A stretch of DNA of 64,000 bases from Trypanosoma brucei. Its lineage: Eukaryota. Where the stretch lies: the NCBI GenBank assembly GCA_000002445.1, contig CP000067.1, positions 640,001 to 704,000 on the forward strand. The letters run 5' to 3'. Numbering within the stretch: the stretch's first letter is position 1; each line of letters starts with the position of its first letter. This document shows positions 1 through 10,625 of the stretch, piece after piece. A program made the translations under genes and the position numbers. The notes under the pieces were generated by a model. It searched no databases, was not told the origin of the DNA, and saw only the letters and a program-made list of their open reading frames with translations.

Positions 1-3000
1 GTGACGGTTTACTTCGCCCAGTCCATTTGCTACTCGACGAAGGGAATGAAACAGTGATATCTGTTACCCCTTTTTTGAAGGAAGGTTCGTGCGCTCGTCT
101 TGCCGGAAAGCTTGAAGAGGATCGGTTACTGTCTATACTGCGTGATGTTGCAAGTGCTCTCCGTCTTCTTCATTCGCACAATATATACCACTGTAACCTG
201 AAGTTGGAAAACGTTCTTTTGAGGGAGGATGGGAAAGCCTGCCTTGCCGACGCAGCGTTGTGGCGTATCTTCTCTACACAGAGCCGTGATTGCCTTCTCT
301 TTAATGGTGAACTCGCGTGCATGCCTCCCGAGATGTTCATGATTGATGAAGCTGACAACCAGTCGAAGGACGCGAGCAAAGTAGACATTTGGGGGTTTGG
401 GCTGTTCATGTACCGTCTGGCGTACGGGCGGGAGCCGTTTGACATTGAAGGAAAGGCACTTGAACAAGTCTGTGAACTAGTTTCTGTTGATAGGCTCCAG
501 TTTCCTCAACGCAACTGGAGCATCGCGAGTTCGCTTGAGGATGCCATCCGTGTTTGTCTTGACGATGATCCGGAACGTCGACCAACAGTTCCGGGGTTGT
601 TTAGCTTCTCATTGTTTCGGAACCACAATTTTAATTCTGTTGTGGCTGGAGGAAGTGTCGGGTTACCGGGATTCAGGGCGTCGCATAATGATACTGGACC
701 AAGTGGTGGGCGCTCTGGCTCGGATAACTACATTAGGTGGGCATACCCAAGGTATCATTGGCGGAAGAACGTGTCACTCGACGAAATGCTCGGGTCTGGA
801 GGCATCTGTGAAACATATCGGGTGCACCTGCGGCGGCATCCATCTAAGCAGTTCGTGATGAAGGTGCTAAAACGGTCAGTACTGAAGGCTGCCTCACAAT
901 ACAGAATCAGCACAGACGATCTGCGTCACGCACTAGCTGTTTCGCGACTTATTAACCATCCTAACGTATTAAACCTGCTGGAGATTGTGGACTCGAGGGA
1001 CGGGTGCTTTGCTTCGCAGCAGTTGGCTAAAAGCAGGTTTCTTTACGCGGAGTTTCCCCCGTTGCTGAATCACAAAAACCCTCTCTTCACACTGAAACAG
1101 ATGCTCGCCGATGTCCTCCAGGGGCTTTTCGTGCTTCACCTAAATGGTGTGCCGCATCTCCGTCTGACACCATCAAACATTTTTTATGAGCTGGGCGTTG
1201 GTTTTAGGGTTTCGGACTTTGGTCCTTTGTTCCTTGCACGGGAGGAAATTGTCGAAAGTATGGAAACAGACCAACCACTGTATAGTGTACCACAGTGGGT
1301 GGTTGACGATTTAAAGGTGCCGATCCACATGTCGAGATTCAGTCTTGACGTTTTCTGTGTTGGTTTACTGGCCGCTTCAGCACTCCCTTCAGTTCTGCAT
1401 GAAGACTGGTACCGATTTTCTAATTCAGAGGGGTGTATTCTTGATGTGAAGGGGGTTTGTGAGAAGGTAAAGAATGCCTCCCTTTATCTTAAGCCGATGC
1501 TCGTGGACTTTATCCTCCAAGCGCTAACTAACCCCGCAACAACTGTGAGGGACTTGATGAATCATTCATATTTGAGCGACGCGATCGACGTCAGCAGGCT
1601 CGACGAGATGAAACCGCTGAACATATCGCCTGCTGATATGGAGATGGCCGTGTCAGAGAGGTTTACCACCACTGACGAATCTGGACTATGGAATGTTCTC
1701 GGTCACGACCCAGCGGCAGGGAATGGCCACTTGTGGTGCTCAATGTTCCGCAACGAAGCACTGCCCGACGGCTGCATACGGTCTGGCATTCAATCTGTTA
1801 ATGAAGTTGCGGCTGCAAGGCGGGTTCCTTTTGTTAAGAAACTCGTTTGCGGGCTGTGCCGGTGTGAATTACCCATAGTTTTATTTCTATGCGATAAGTG
1901 TGACGATTACATACGCTGCGCCAAGTGTTCGTTAGTGGATACACACGCCGACGACCACAAACTCAGCCCACACCTTGTCCACACCGTCGGGCAGGATGGG
2001 GTTGATGGCAACTTTTTTGCTTTATTGGTGCCAACATGCAATATATGTGTCGCGCAGTCACTGGAAGCCCTAGAAATGCAGGCCAACCTGCCACACGGAA
2101 CGCTGACGAAAGATATCACCACCCAATCAGTTACTGCGGAGCGAGCCCTACGGCGGCTAACACTTGCGAAGTTGAATCCAGGCCCCAAGGTACTTCCCAA
2201 AGTCTCGGATACTGAAGGTGAGACTTGGGAGGAGGAAGTTGCAAGCTGCCGCGAGACTCGAAACACTGAGCTGTTGTTGCATCAATTTGAACTGAACACT
2301 GTACCGAAGGAGCTGTTTGACCCGCCGCTGCTTCACGTGGCGAGTATTGACCTTAGTTACAACAAGTTAACCAGCCTTCCCGACGATCTGGCCCTTCTTT
2401 GCAACTTGAGAAGTGTTTCCGTTGCGCATAATGCTCTGACTGTTCTACCAGACAGCATGGGTGAACTCCGTCAACTAGATCGTTTAGACGCGAGCCACAA
2501 TAAACTAAAGGACCTGCCGTTAACATTTGTCAAACTACGCAAGTTGAGCACTGTCACCTTAGACTTCAATGAATTTTCGGGGTTGCCTCGCGTTTTGGAC
2601 GATCTCATTGTTGCCACCGCATCGACACCGCAGCTTTCCACCATTTATTTAGCGGAGAACACCAACATAACAAGGTTCCCCGATTACACGAACCTTGCAA
2701 TCTTACCCACGCTTAAGTTGGCCTTAGACAACGAACCCAGTGTTTATCAAACGTATCTCAATGAAAACCTTGCAGAAAAGCTACCCAACATTGGCATGCT
2801 TTGGAATAAAATATATCCAGATCGAATCGTTGATAACGTGTTTTGTGGGAGCTTGCGCACCACTCAATCACAGGTGGTGTACGATAAACTTGGCATAAAA
2901 AACCTCTTGACAGTGGGAAGGGACCTCGTTCCCGTCCCTCCGGTTGGTGGAAAACATCTCGTTATCTCATTAGATGATATTGAGGAGGCGGATATCCGTT

Positions 3001-3299
3001 GTACATTTGATGAGGCTGTCAACTTCATTGATATGAGTGTGGAAAAAGGTGAAGGGTGTTTGGTCCACTGCTTCGCCGGACTCTCGCGTTCCGCCACGAC
3101 AGTAATAGCATACTTCATGATGAAGAGAGGCATGAGACTTGGCGATGCGTACCAGCTAACGAAAAGGGGCCGACCTTCTATTTACCCCAATGAGGGTTTC
3201 TTTAGACAAATGATTGAACTGGATGGTGAGTTGTTCCCCGATGACCCGCCACTGCAACTGGAGGACATTGGAAGAGAAAGTCCCAATGTAAGGGTGTAG
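1..3299 (+). CDS. Multidomain 'kinatase': two tandem pseudokinase-like domains, a B-box/ZZ-like Cys/His zinc finger, leucine-rich repeats and a C-terminal dual-specificity phosphatase domain. The 5' end is truncated by the window edge; the frame is open from position 3 and the first in-window ATG is at 27.
   Basis: The first kinase-like domain has a degenerate catalytic loop HCNLKLEN (expected HRDLKxxN) and DFG replaced by DAA (LADAAL). The second kinase-like domain has HLRLTPSN and VSDFG. The zinc finger is CGLCRCELPIVLFLCDKCDDYIRCAKCSLVDTHADDH. LRR units follow (LxxLPDDLALLCNLRSVSVAHNALTVLP...). The DSP signature VHCFAGLSRSATTVIAYFM is an intact HCxxGxxRS. The ORF is 1090 codons in the + frame. 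Confidence 0.8.
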   Translation, partial: DGLLRPVHLLLDEGNETVISVTPFLKEGSCARLAGKLEEDRLLSILRDVASALRLLHSHNIYHCNLKLENVLLREDGKACLADAALWRIFSTQSRDCLLFNGELACMPPEMFMIDEADNQSKDASKVDIWGFGLFMYRLAYGREPFDIEGKALEQVCELVSVDRLQFPQRNWSIASSLEDAIRVCLDDDPERRPTVPGLFSFSLFRNHNFNSVVAGGSVGLPGFRASHNDTGPSGGRSGSDNYIRWAYPRYHWRKNVSLDEMLGSGGICETYRVHLRRHPSKQFVMKVLKRSVLKAASQYRISTDDLRHALAVSRLINHPNVLNLLEIVDSRDGCFASQQLAKSRFLYAEFPPLLNHKNPLFTLKQMLADVLQGLFVLHLNGVPHLRLTPSNIFYELGVGFRVSDFGPLFLAREEIVESMETDQPLYSVPQWVVDDLKVPIHMSRFSLDVFCVGLLAASALPSVLHEDWYRFSNSEGCILDVKGVCEKVKNASLYLKPMLVDFILQALTNPATTVRDLMNHSYLSDAIDVSRLDEMKPLNISPADMEMAVSERFTTTDESGLWNVLGHDPAAGNGHLWCSMFRNEALPDGCIRSGIQSVNEVAAARRVPFVKKLVCGLCRCELPIVLFLCDKCDDYIRCAKCSLVDTHADDHKLSPHLVHTVGQDGVDGNFFALLVPTCNICVAQSLEALEMQANLPHGTLTKDITTQSVTAERALRRLTLAKLNPGPKVLPKVSDTEGETWEEEVASCRETRNTELLLHQFELNTVPKELFDPPLLHVASIDLSYNKLTSLPDDLALLCNLRSVSVAHNALTVLPDSMGELRQLDRLDASHNKLKDLPLTFVKLRKLSTVTLDFNEFSGLPRVLDDLIVATASTPQLSTIYLAENTNITRFPDYTNLAILPTLKLALDNEPSVYQTYLNENLAEKLPNIGMLWNKIYPDRIVDNVFCGSLRTTQSQVVYDKLGIKNLLTVGRDLVPVPPVGGKHLVISLDDIEEADIRCTFDEAVNFIDMSVEKGEGCLVHCFAGLSRSATTVIAYFMMKRGMRLGDAYQLTKRGRPSIYPNEGFFRQMIELDGELFPDDPPLQLEDIGRESPNVRV

Positions 3300-3356
3300 T
3301 GCCAATGGCGTGCTAGCATAAACATGCTTTTCCGGAGTCAATGGGCCGATGCCTAA

Positions 3357-3378
3357 ATATATATATATATATATATAT
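3357..3378. repeat. (AT)11 microsatellite.
   Basis: Direct read of atatatatatatatatatatat. Confidence 0.95.
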
Positions 3379-3952
3379 GCACATATTCATGAGACGACCG
3401 TTTCTTTTCTCCCTATTCTTTCTATTATTCGCTCTCTCTTTTTTTTTTGGTGCAGTGATTTACTCTAACTTCTTATCGCTGTTGATGGACCTCCCATTTT
3501 AGTACGCCACCACTTTATTTTATTTTTTGCTTATTGTTGGTGACTTTCCCCTCTCCTCTTTTCCTTTTCTTCTTCTTTATTCGATATCCATGTGTGTTTG
3601 TATTTTATTTCATTTGGCTGTTACTCGCATCGTCCATATCACATATCTCTCTCCCATCTGCTGACTCGGTTTCTCTCACCTCCACACCACTCCCTCCTCT
3701 TCCCGGCAGCGAAAAAAAAAATGAGCATGTGGCTGAGTTAATGGTGGTGTGTTTATGCGCAGGGAAGAGGATCTATATAAATATAAAAATATATATGTTT
3801 ATGTGCTTATATACTTCAAATCTAAATGGTCAGATTGCAGTGAAAACTATAATTGTTTGCTGTATTTTCAATGTAATTTTTTTTTCTTGAGGGGAAGATA
3901 AATAGCGTTTTCATCCATCTACCTTCCCGCGTGTTAGCGACCTTTTCTATAT

Positions 3953-3985
3953 ACACACACACACATTTATATATATATATGTATA

Positions 3986-4020
<35 letters not shown>
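3953..4020. repeat. Compound microsatellite (CA)n-(TA)n-(GT)16.
   Basis: The sequence reads acacacacacaca ... tatatatatatat ... gtgtgtgtgtgtgtgtgtgtgtgtgtgtgtgt directly. Confidence 0.95.
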
Positions 4021-4023
<3 letters not shown>

Positions 4024-5701
4024 GTTCTGCGTGTTTTGTGCTTTTATTCGTTGTTTTCTTTAGTTTCTTTTTATCTTTTTATATTACAGGCTTTTGTTTT
4101 TATTTTTTATACACACAGCAGCCATTGTGCCAAATGTCAGTTTTACGGATTAACCCCCCCAGTAACGTCATGAGTCTCACGTCGGCATTTGGGTATTTCC
4201 CCGTTTGTATTTTACCCACCAAATACATAAGCTGCACAGAGACACGAAGATACAAACAACCAAGGAAAGAAGGGAAAATAAAAGCAATAAAACAAGAGAA
4301 AGGGAATTTTTAACGGTAGGATAGCCTTTGTTTTTCTTCCTTTTATTTCCCCCCTTTCAGGTCCCCATCGTTTATTTTCTCACACACTCATTCCCCTGAT
4401 TATTTATTTACTTTCTGTTAACCCAAACCTCCACTTGTATATATATACATAATCTTTAAATTGTTATATGTTAGTCGCACGCACCTTACTTCTTCCTTTC
4501 TGTGTTTTCTTTAATTGGATGCGTTGGTGCGTTTTCGGATGCCTCCTTTTGTATGTGAGTGTTTTTTTTTTTTTCGTTTCTCTTCTACATGTTGATGTCC
4601 CATCCGTTACGCATGGTTCAAGATGCAGCAAGAGCAGCGGCGGTGAATAAAATTAAATAAATAAGAGGGTTAGTTAATAAACGATAATAATGACAACGAA
4701 AGGGTGGAAAACGAAGCTCAATGAAGTGACCTGAGGGGTGTTACAAAGACGAAACTTCTTCCTGCCACTTATGTTGCATGTATTTCTGTTGCTGCTGCCA
4801 TCATCATCATTATTATTATTATTGTTTGCTGGTGGTGCTGGCGGTGCTGTACTGACCCACGATATAACAAATGGTGGGAGGGGCGTGGGACAAACATATA
4901 GAAGTAAGGAGAGGGATTATGTGGAGATGTGCTAAGTTGTCTCATGATGTGAGGAATAAAAGAGACGATTAGTCACCGGATGTCCAACAAATGTGCCCGG
5001 TAGTACCTCTTTATAGTATTCCTTAGCTTCACCTTTTCATCCAATTCCCTGCATGAACGCGCGCCCTCCCCCTCCTCCTTTCTCCCCTTCCTTCGATTGT
5101 ATTTGTTCATTATTTTTAGCCTCTAAAGGTTTTCTTTGACTGTCTGTCTGTTTTATTTAATTGCCGCTTACCCTTATATAACCTGCACACCCCCCCCCCC
5201 CTCCCCCAGAGTTATCTAACGTACTATTCAATACCTCCTGTGGGAGTTTCTCAGTCTTTTTGCATAAGAGGTGTTTTATATTTTAAATAAATTTGAGGGG
5301 GAAAGGAAAGAGAAGCACTTAATTCTCTTTTTGACGGTTATTAGTATTATTATTGTTGTTGTTTCGCTGTATTTTAAACGTTGAAAAGTTAATCAGAGTA
5401 TGTGGAAGTGTGTATTATACCGCAATCGGGGCGTTGATGTGACTGTTTGAATATTTTGTCTGTTTTCATGTGCAATTTCCATACAGGACGGAAGAAATGA
5501 AAAGACGGCGCGTGGAGTTCAGTGTGTGTGTGGGGGAAAAAACGAGGTGACGGGGCTTTGGGATACTGACGAGGAATGACGAAGGCGTTAAGGGAGGATG
5601 CCAGGAGTACAAGCATTTATATGGCGATATCCACATTTGTTTATTTGCGTTGTTACCATGTTTTTGTTACCGTTCCTCGGCCCCATGGTTGTTTGTCACT
5701 T

Positions 5702-5705
<4 letters not shown>

Positions 5706-5739
<34 letters not shown>

Positions 5740-5763
5740 TTATTTATTTATTTATTTATTTAT
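5706..5763. repeat. Compound microsatellite (TA)15-(TTTA)7.
   Basis: Direct read: atatatat... followed by tttatttatttatttatttatttattta. Confidence 0.95.
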
Positions 5764-6240
5764 ATACATACATAGATGTATGTGCGTACTGATGTGCTTC
5801 TGTATTTATTCATCTGTTGTGTGAATTGGTGAATACTGCAGTGTTTCCCTCTTTTTTTTTCTTCATCCCTTGAATCCTTTTTCATATCGTGTTCGACAAG
5901 GAAGTGTGTGGAAAGTAGTCAACAGGGCGTTGTTTCAACGTGCAAGATCTTGTGCTACAGCGAGTTCTCTATGACGCAGTTGCTGCCATTGTAGTAACGT
6001 CGGCTGGTGTATGCCGTTGTTTACTTATTTTATTGTTGTTTCTTCTTCACTCTATCATGTTTGTTTTATTACTTTTCCCCCCCATTTCCACAATCGAGAT
6101 TTCCTCCCTGATATCTCCTTTTCACACTGTTATCGCCCATTTCTGTCTCCCACATGAAACCTTCTACACTTTCGCTACCACTTGTCTCTTAACTTCCATT
6201 TGAAAAACAAGAAGGCCTCTCGCACTTACTTATCCATTAA

Positions 6241-6288
6241 CTCTATCCGCCCGATTCTCTCTTTACTTTCCTTATTTTGACCAGGCAG
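6241..6288 (+). promoter_or_regulatory. Polypyrimidine tract plus AG dinucleotide. I take it as the candidate trans-splicing acceptor signal for the gene that starts at 6307.
   Basis: ctctatccgcccgattctctctttactttccttattttgaccaggcag. In kinetoplastids the polyY tract directs both spliced-leader addition to the downstream mRNA and polyadenylation of the upstream mRNA. This is established biology. The exact site is inferred. Confidence 0.45.
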
Positions 6289-6306
6289 AAGCCAAATCTT
6301 TAGTTA

Positions 6307-9300
6307 TTGGCGCGCTGCATGGAGCTACTCAACGTGTTACCGCATGAGGCCGCTCTCCATAGGTTGATGCGCGCAGGTGTGTGCAACGATGACCAAATGC
6401 ATGATTATTTCATATCGCAAGCGTTTCGTGGCATCGCATATGCTGTAAACCGCGCCACACTTCCTGCACCCGTTTTTGTACAGCAACCATTCCTGTCAGG
6501 CAGTTCAAACACAACTGGAAGCTCGGGTGGCACCAACGACTCGCCCACACTGAATCCCTGTGCTGCAGGGAGTACAACCGCTACAACTACTGGCGCAGTG
6601 TGCGTGCTGTGCCGAATGTGTGTTCAAGCTGTGACATCTCACATGTCGCACCGGACAGCGGCGTATCTCGCAACGCGGCTCTTGGCTGATGAGGCAACAG
6701 CTTTCGGTGAAGGTAATGAGCGACCATGTTGTACAGTGGCATGGGTTGAAGCACTGTGCTCGGTGGGCAAAGCATCTTTTTTACAGAAGCAGTTAGGCGT
6801 TAACAGACGCATGGCACTGGGCTATTTGTACATTCTTGCGGAAACGGTGCGTGCGACTGCGCGAGGCCGTGTCATTGGTAAACGACTCAGTAGTCATTTT
6901 GTGGAGTTCGCCCACCGGATATTGGATGATGTCATACCGTACTTAGCGATCATGGCAGATGCCCGAGAGGTATTTGCGGTGACGCGGCACGTGCCGGTTG
7001 CAGGCAACCCATCGGAGGGTAATATTCCAACAGAAACAACGTCAACGGCGGCAGTTGTACCGAGGCCTGCGTGGCATCCCCCATCAAGGTTGACTGTCGA
7101 GGCCAACAACACGATTATACACCTGTTTCATGATATCGCGCATGACATCATCGACGTGCACCACAGGAGCGGGAAGAATCCAGGGGAACGTTGCCTAGTT
7201 CTTGACCGTGACATGCCAAGCAGGATGTGGCCAGCGGTGTCTATACTCCAAAGTGCACTTCATCGTGCATTAGATTGGATTTTACAGGAGGGGTTGGCTT
7301 GTGTTCGCACCATGGCACTGGCAACAGAGCACAGGGAAGAGAAAGCCGCAATAGAGGCGGTACAGACTGTCAAGAAGGCGCTGGACGACACGTTCGCGCA
7401 GATGTTTGAGAGGCAGGAAACACTGGAATGCTCGCGGCAAGCCGTAGAGAGGCAGTACGGGAAGGGTGCGAAGGATTATCATGGAATCACGGACACATTG
7501 TGGGCAAATACGCTGCGGCTGTGTCTCCTCTGCAGGAATGTCACTGGTGCGTGGATAGAAGTGTATGGCGGTGCAGGTTACACTGAAACGCGATCCACGG
7601 ACAAAAACGTCCTCAGTTTCATCGCCTCGTTCGTGTCTTCGGTACCACTAATGGACGGAGATGAAACGGAATCAAGTGTCTTCCTTGCCACTATTGCACT
7701 TTTGTCGGCAGCACTCGCAGCTGTTGTTGCGGCCCCTGTTCCTTTTATGCAGGTCTCCCTGTGGGTATCCGACACCGCGTTGACGGGTCAGGTGCACAAT
7801 GTCGTTATTCAGCGTGGACTTCGATACAAGGATGAGCTCGTGCAGAGGTTGAGTGCGCTCATCTCACAATTAATACTTTCTGGTTCATCGCTATCCGGGG
7901 CCTCTCGTGCCATTGTTGAATCCTCCGATCAGTTACTCGAGCTCATTTCAAACGGCAGGGATGCGGCTTCGCACTGCGTTATTCGTATGCTTTCGCGCGC
8001 AATACTTGAGCGTCCCCATAGCATGCTTCCAGCGCTCTTTCGTCTTCTGCAGCACGGCGATGTGAAGACACGGCGCAATGTTTTGGATGTCCTTTCTGCG
8101 CTACCGCAAATGGACGATGAAGCCGGCCTCGGTGAGAAACTGGTCGCGGAGCAAATGCGACCGATGTTGCGACAGCTCTCAGAGGAACTACTACTACGTA
8201 TCCAGGATGAAGAACTACTTGTGCGACTACAGGGTTCCAAGCTTTTCGCGAAGGTGTGGCCGGAAGATGTAATCCGACCGCTGCTGAATCTTGCCACACA
8301 GAAGGACAAGTCGCACAAGAAGCAATCAGCTGCTCAACAGGCGCTACGCTCTGTCGTAGCGGCACACACAGGAGACAGCCGTGTTGTGCTGCTTCTGCTT
8401 GACGAATCGTTGAAGCTCGTGGGAGAGACCACACCGACAGCCCCCACCGCTCCTAACACCCCGGCGGGTATGTTGGCTTTTGCGCAACTGCACTCTTGCG
8501 TGGGGGAAAGGGAAGGCGAGGGGGACGGTGCTGGGGGGCAACCAGGTTGTGCGGCTGCAACGGGCGGATTGACTACCATTAGTGCTGCTGGGGGTTTTTG
8601 CCAGCGGTTGATGGGGATTGCTCTCTCCTTAGTGAAACGGTGGGCGGAAGAGGTGCCTTCGTGGTCCGAGCCAGTGCTCCAGCCCATCGTTGACCGTGTT
8701 GTGAGTGCGCGCAGTCCAAAAGAGCAGGAGTTCGCAGTCCGATTCATTGCGCAGGTCTCATCCTTGTGTGGAATAACGGTGGAGGGGGCAGCTGCACTTA
8801 CGTCGTGCGTCCTGCGGGTTGTACAAGGGGGTAAGACAGGATCATTGCCGTCTGAGCGATGGCTAACTGGATTGTGTGGATCACGCCAAAGTAACAATTC
8901 AAACGAGAAAAGAGATGAAATTGCGTTAGTGGAAGAATGCTGTCCAGTTGACAGCGAATATCGGATGATTGCGCCACTTCTCTGTCTTAGGGGCTGCCCG
9001 AGACGACCATTTTTGTCTTGTCGTGTGGACAGTATGCCTCCCTCTATGCTGAATCTTTGGGAATTCATTTGGTTTGTCTTATTCTCATCGGACTACTGCG
9101 AGCAGCTTACGCCCGACACGCAGCGCTTGCTGCTGGAACTCGTCTGCAAGTACAGAACATCAATGGTGCTTGAGCGTTTTGCTCACTTTGAGCGAATGCA
9201 TTTGGAAAAGAATGGAGACAAGGAGCGTAAAAGCTGTGAAGGAAATAGTGCATATTTGATTTGTGCGGACAAACAAGCTTGTTTCTTGTTCCGTGCGGGG

Positions 9301-10353
9301 TTCTTCTGCACAGGTACTCTTGTTGCGCAAAGCAGTCTAGCGTTTACCAAACCGGCCACCAAAGATGGCGAGTCTCAGCTGGGAGTTGAGACTGCGACTA
9401 CTTCGTCCCCAGAAGGCAGTTGCGAAGAAGCAATGGAGCTACTTGATCTGGTTCATGCTGCAGAGTTGGTGTCTCGCTGGACTGAGTCTGTTGTGTTCCC
9501 CTGGCTCCTTGGTGACAATGATGACGAAACCACGTGTAGCAGGAACCCCCCTAGTGATCTGCAGCGCCTAAGTCGCTCCGCTATTGATTGTATCGCGCTC
9601 CTTACAGTTGTTGCACTAAACCGCGCGGAATTCGACGCTCATGTCTCGCGTCTCGTCAGGAACCCTCTGAGTGAACTGGCTCTCTTGTACAGAGAAGAGG
9701 TGAAGCAATCGAAGAAAGATGTTGGTGCTGAGAGGAAGGAAGCCTTTGCATTGGAGAAATGTGGTGATCTGCTAGGGCGGTTCGAGTTTGCGGTTCAAGT
9801 TCACAGCCGCGTTCTCAACATCTTGCGTGCGAGTCAAATGGGAAGAGGAAACGTTTGCACCTGGTTCATTGCGTTTATGCCGCATCTCATTGAGCTTGCT
9901 AACGCGGCCTGTGGGGTTGCTGCGCGCCTTGGTAGGAATGATGTTGGTCAGGTAGCGGTTGAGTGCTGTAACGTGTTATTTTTAGCCGCTATGTCGTCCA
10001 GTGGCGGCCCGCCGGCGGTGGAAGGGGAGCGGCGAGCAACGAGCGGTGAAAGCGATACCAAACCTCTTCTGATGGACCTTTGCACTTCTGATCGGAGCGC
10101 ATTGCTTGCCTTTGCGGTCGGCAGTTCGCGGTATTCGAGTCTACCGGCGGTGCAGTCAGAAGGTGTTAAGCTCCTCTCCGCATTGTTGGGTGCAGCGCCC
10201 GATATATTCGTAGACACGGCTGCGGGTAAAGGGACGGCGTTGGATGAAGCCTTCAGTGCCCTGAGTTCCGTTGCGCTCCTTCATGAAGACTGCAAGACGC
10301 GATCACTTGCAGAGGCAGTTATCAGCACCATTCAAAAGACTGAGCAAATATGA
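6307..10353 (+). CDS. Large conserved hypothetical protein of 1348 aa, possibly an alpha-helical repeat protein. I recognised no catalytic motif.
   Basis: Uninterrupted 4 kb + strand ORF with complex, non-repetitive composition. A polypyrimidine tract and AG lie upstream at 6241-6288. It sits in the same orientation as all neighbouring genes. Confidence 0.6.
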   Translation: MARCMELLNVLPHEAALHRLMRAGVCNDDQMHDYFISQAFRGIAYAVNRATLPAPVFVQQPFLSGSSNTTGSSGGTNDSPTLNPCAAGSTTATTTGAVCVLCRMCVQAVTSHMSHRTAAYLATRLLADEATAFGEGNERPCCTVAWVEALCSVGKASFLQKQLGVNRRMALGYLYILAETVRATARGRVIGKRLSSHFVEFAHRILDDVIPYLAIMADAREVFAVTRHVPVAGNPSEGNIPTETTSTAAVVPRPAWHPPSRLTVEANNTIIHLFHDIAHDIIDVHHRSGKNPGERCLVLDRDMPSRMWPAVSILQSALHRALDWILQEGLACVRTMALATEHREEKAAIEAVQTVKKALDDTFAQMFERQETLECSRQAVERQYGKGAKDYHGITDTLWANTLRLCLLCRNVTGAWIEVYGGAGYTETRSTDKNVLSFIASFVSSVPLMDGDETESSVFLATIALLSAALAAVVAAPVPFMQVSLWVSDTALTGQVHNVVIQRGLRYKDELVQRLSALISQLILSGSSLSGASRAIVESSDQLLELISNGRDAASHCVIRMLSRAILERPHSMLPALFRLLQHGDVKTRRNVLDVLSALPQMDDEAGLGEKLVAEQMRPMLRQLSEELLLRIQDEELLVRLQGSKLFAKVWPEDVIRPLLNLATQKDKSHKKQSAAQQALRSVVAAHTGDSRVVLLLLDESLKLVGETTPTAPTAPNTPAGMLAFAQLHSCVGEREGEGDGAGGQPGCAAATGGLTTISAAGGFCQRLMGIALSLVKRWAEEVPSWSEPVLQPIVDRVVSARSPKEQEFAVRFIAQVSSLCGITVEGAAALTSCVLRVVQGGKTGSLPSERWLTGLCGSRQSNNSNEKRDEIALVEECCPVDSEYRMIAPLLCLRGCPRRPFLSCRVDSMPPSMLNLWEFIWFVLFSSDYCEQLTPDTQRLLLELVCKYRTSMVLERFAHFERMHLEKNGDKERKSCEGNSAYLICADKQACFLFRAGFFCTGTLVAQSSLAFTKPATKDGESQLGVETATTSSPEGSCEEAMELLDLVHAAELVSRWTESVVFPWLLGDNDDETTCSRNPPSDLQRLSRSAIDCIALLTVVALNRAEFDAHVSRLVRNPLSELALLYREEVKQSKKDVGAERKEAFALEKCGDLLGRFEFAVQVHSRVLNILRASQMGRGNVCTWFIAFMPHLIELANAACGVAARLGRNDVGQVAVECCNVLFLAAMSSSGGPPAVEGERRATSGESDTKPLLMDLCTSDRSALLAFAVGSSRYSSLPAVQSEGVKLLSALLGAAPDIFVDTAAGKGTALDEAFSALSSVALLHEDCKTRSLAEAVISTIQKTEQI

Positions 10354-10625
10354 GTTGAATTCTCGGAGGTGAACGTGGCACCGTTCCAGTGGCCCTTCGT
10401 TACAGCACGTTAGTTGTCCGTTAGTTTGATTCACAGCGGGGTTATCTTTGCTCCAACTTCGTTACAACTGGCGGGGGAAGCCACACAGGAGATGAACAAG
10501 TCATTTCTGACTCTTTTACAGTTTTTTTGTTAATATTGTAGCGGTGGCGTCATCATTGCAACTGTTACCATTTTGCGCTGATACCTAATATACAATACCA
10601 CAACGCGTGACGTGCATTTTATCGC

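Noticed and set aside
3534-4313. Small + strand ORFs (3534-3890, 3931-4173, 3993-4313), including one that translates the (GT)n tract as a poly-Cys-Val run.
   Set aside because: They are microsatellite-encoded and T-rich low complexity inside the long 3'UTR-like region after the kinatase gene.
8334-9068. A 244 aa minus-strand ORF, and many similar antisense ORFs such as 7979-8434, 50700-51428, 56508-57389, 59723-60292 and 13096-13710, lie inside the large + strand genes.
   Set aside because: They sit entirely within well-supported + strand CDSs of a unidirectional polycistronic unit. They have biased Ser/Arg/Ala-rich composition typical of the antisense of GC-rich coding DNA. I found no motifs in them.
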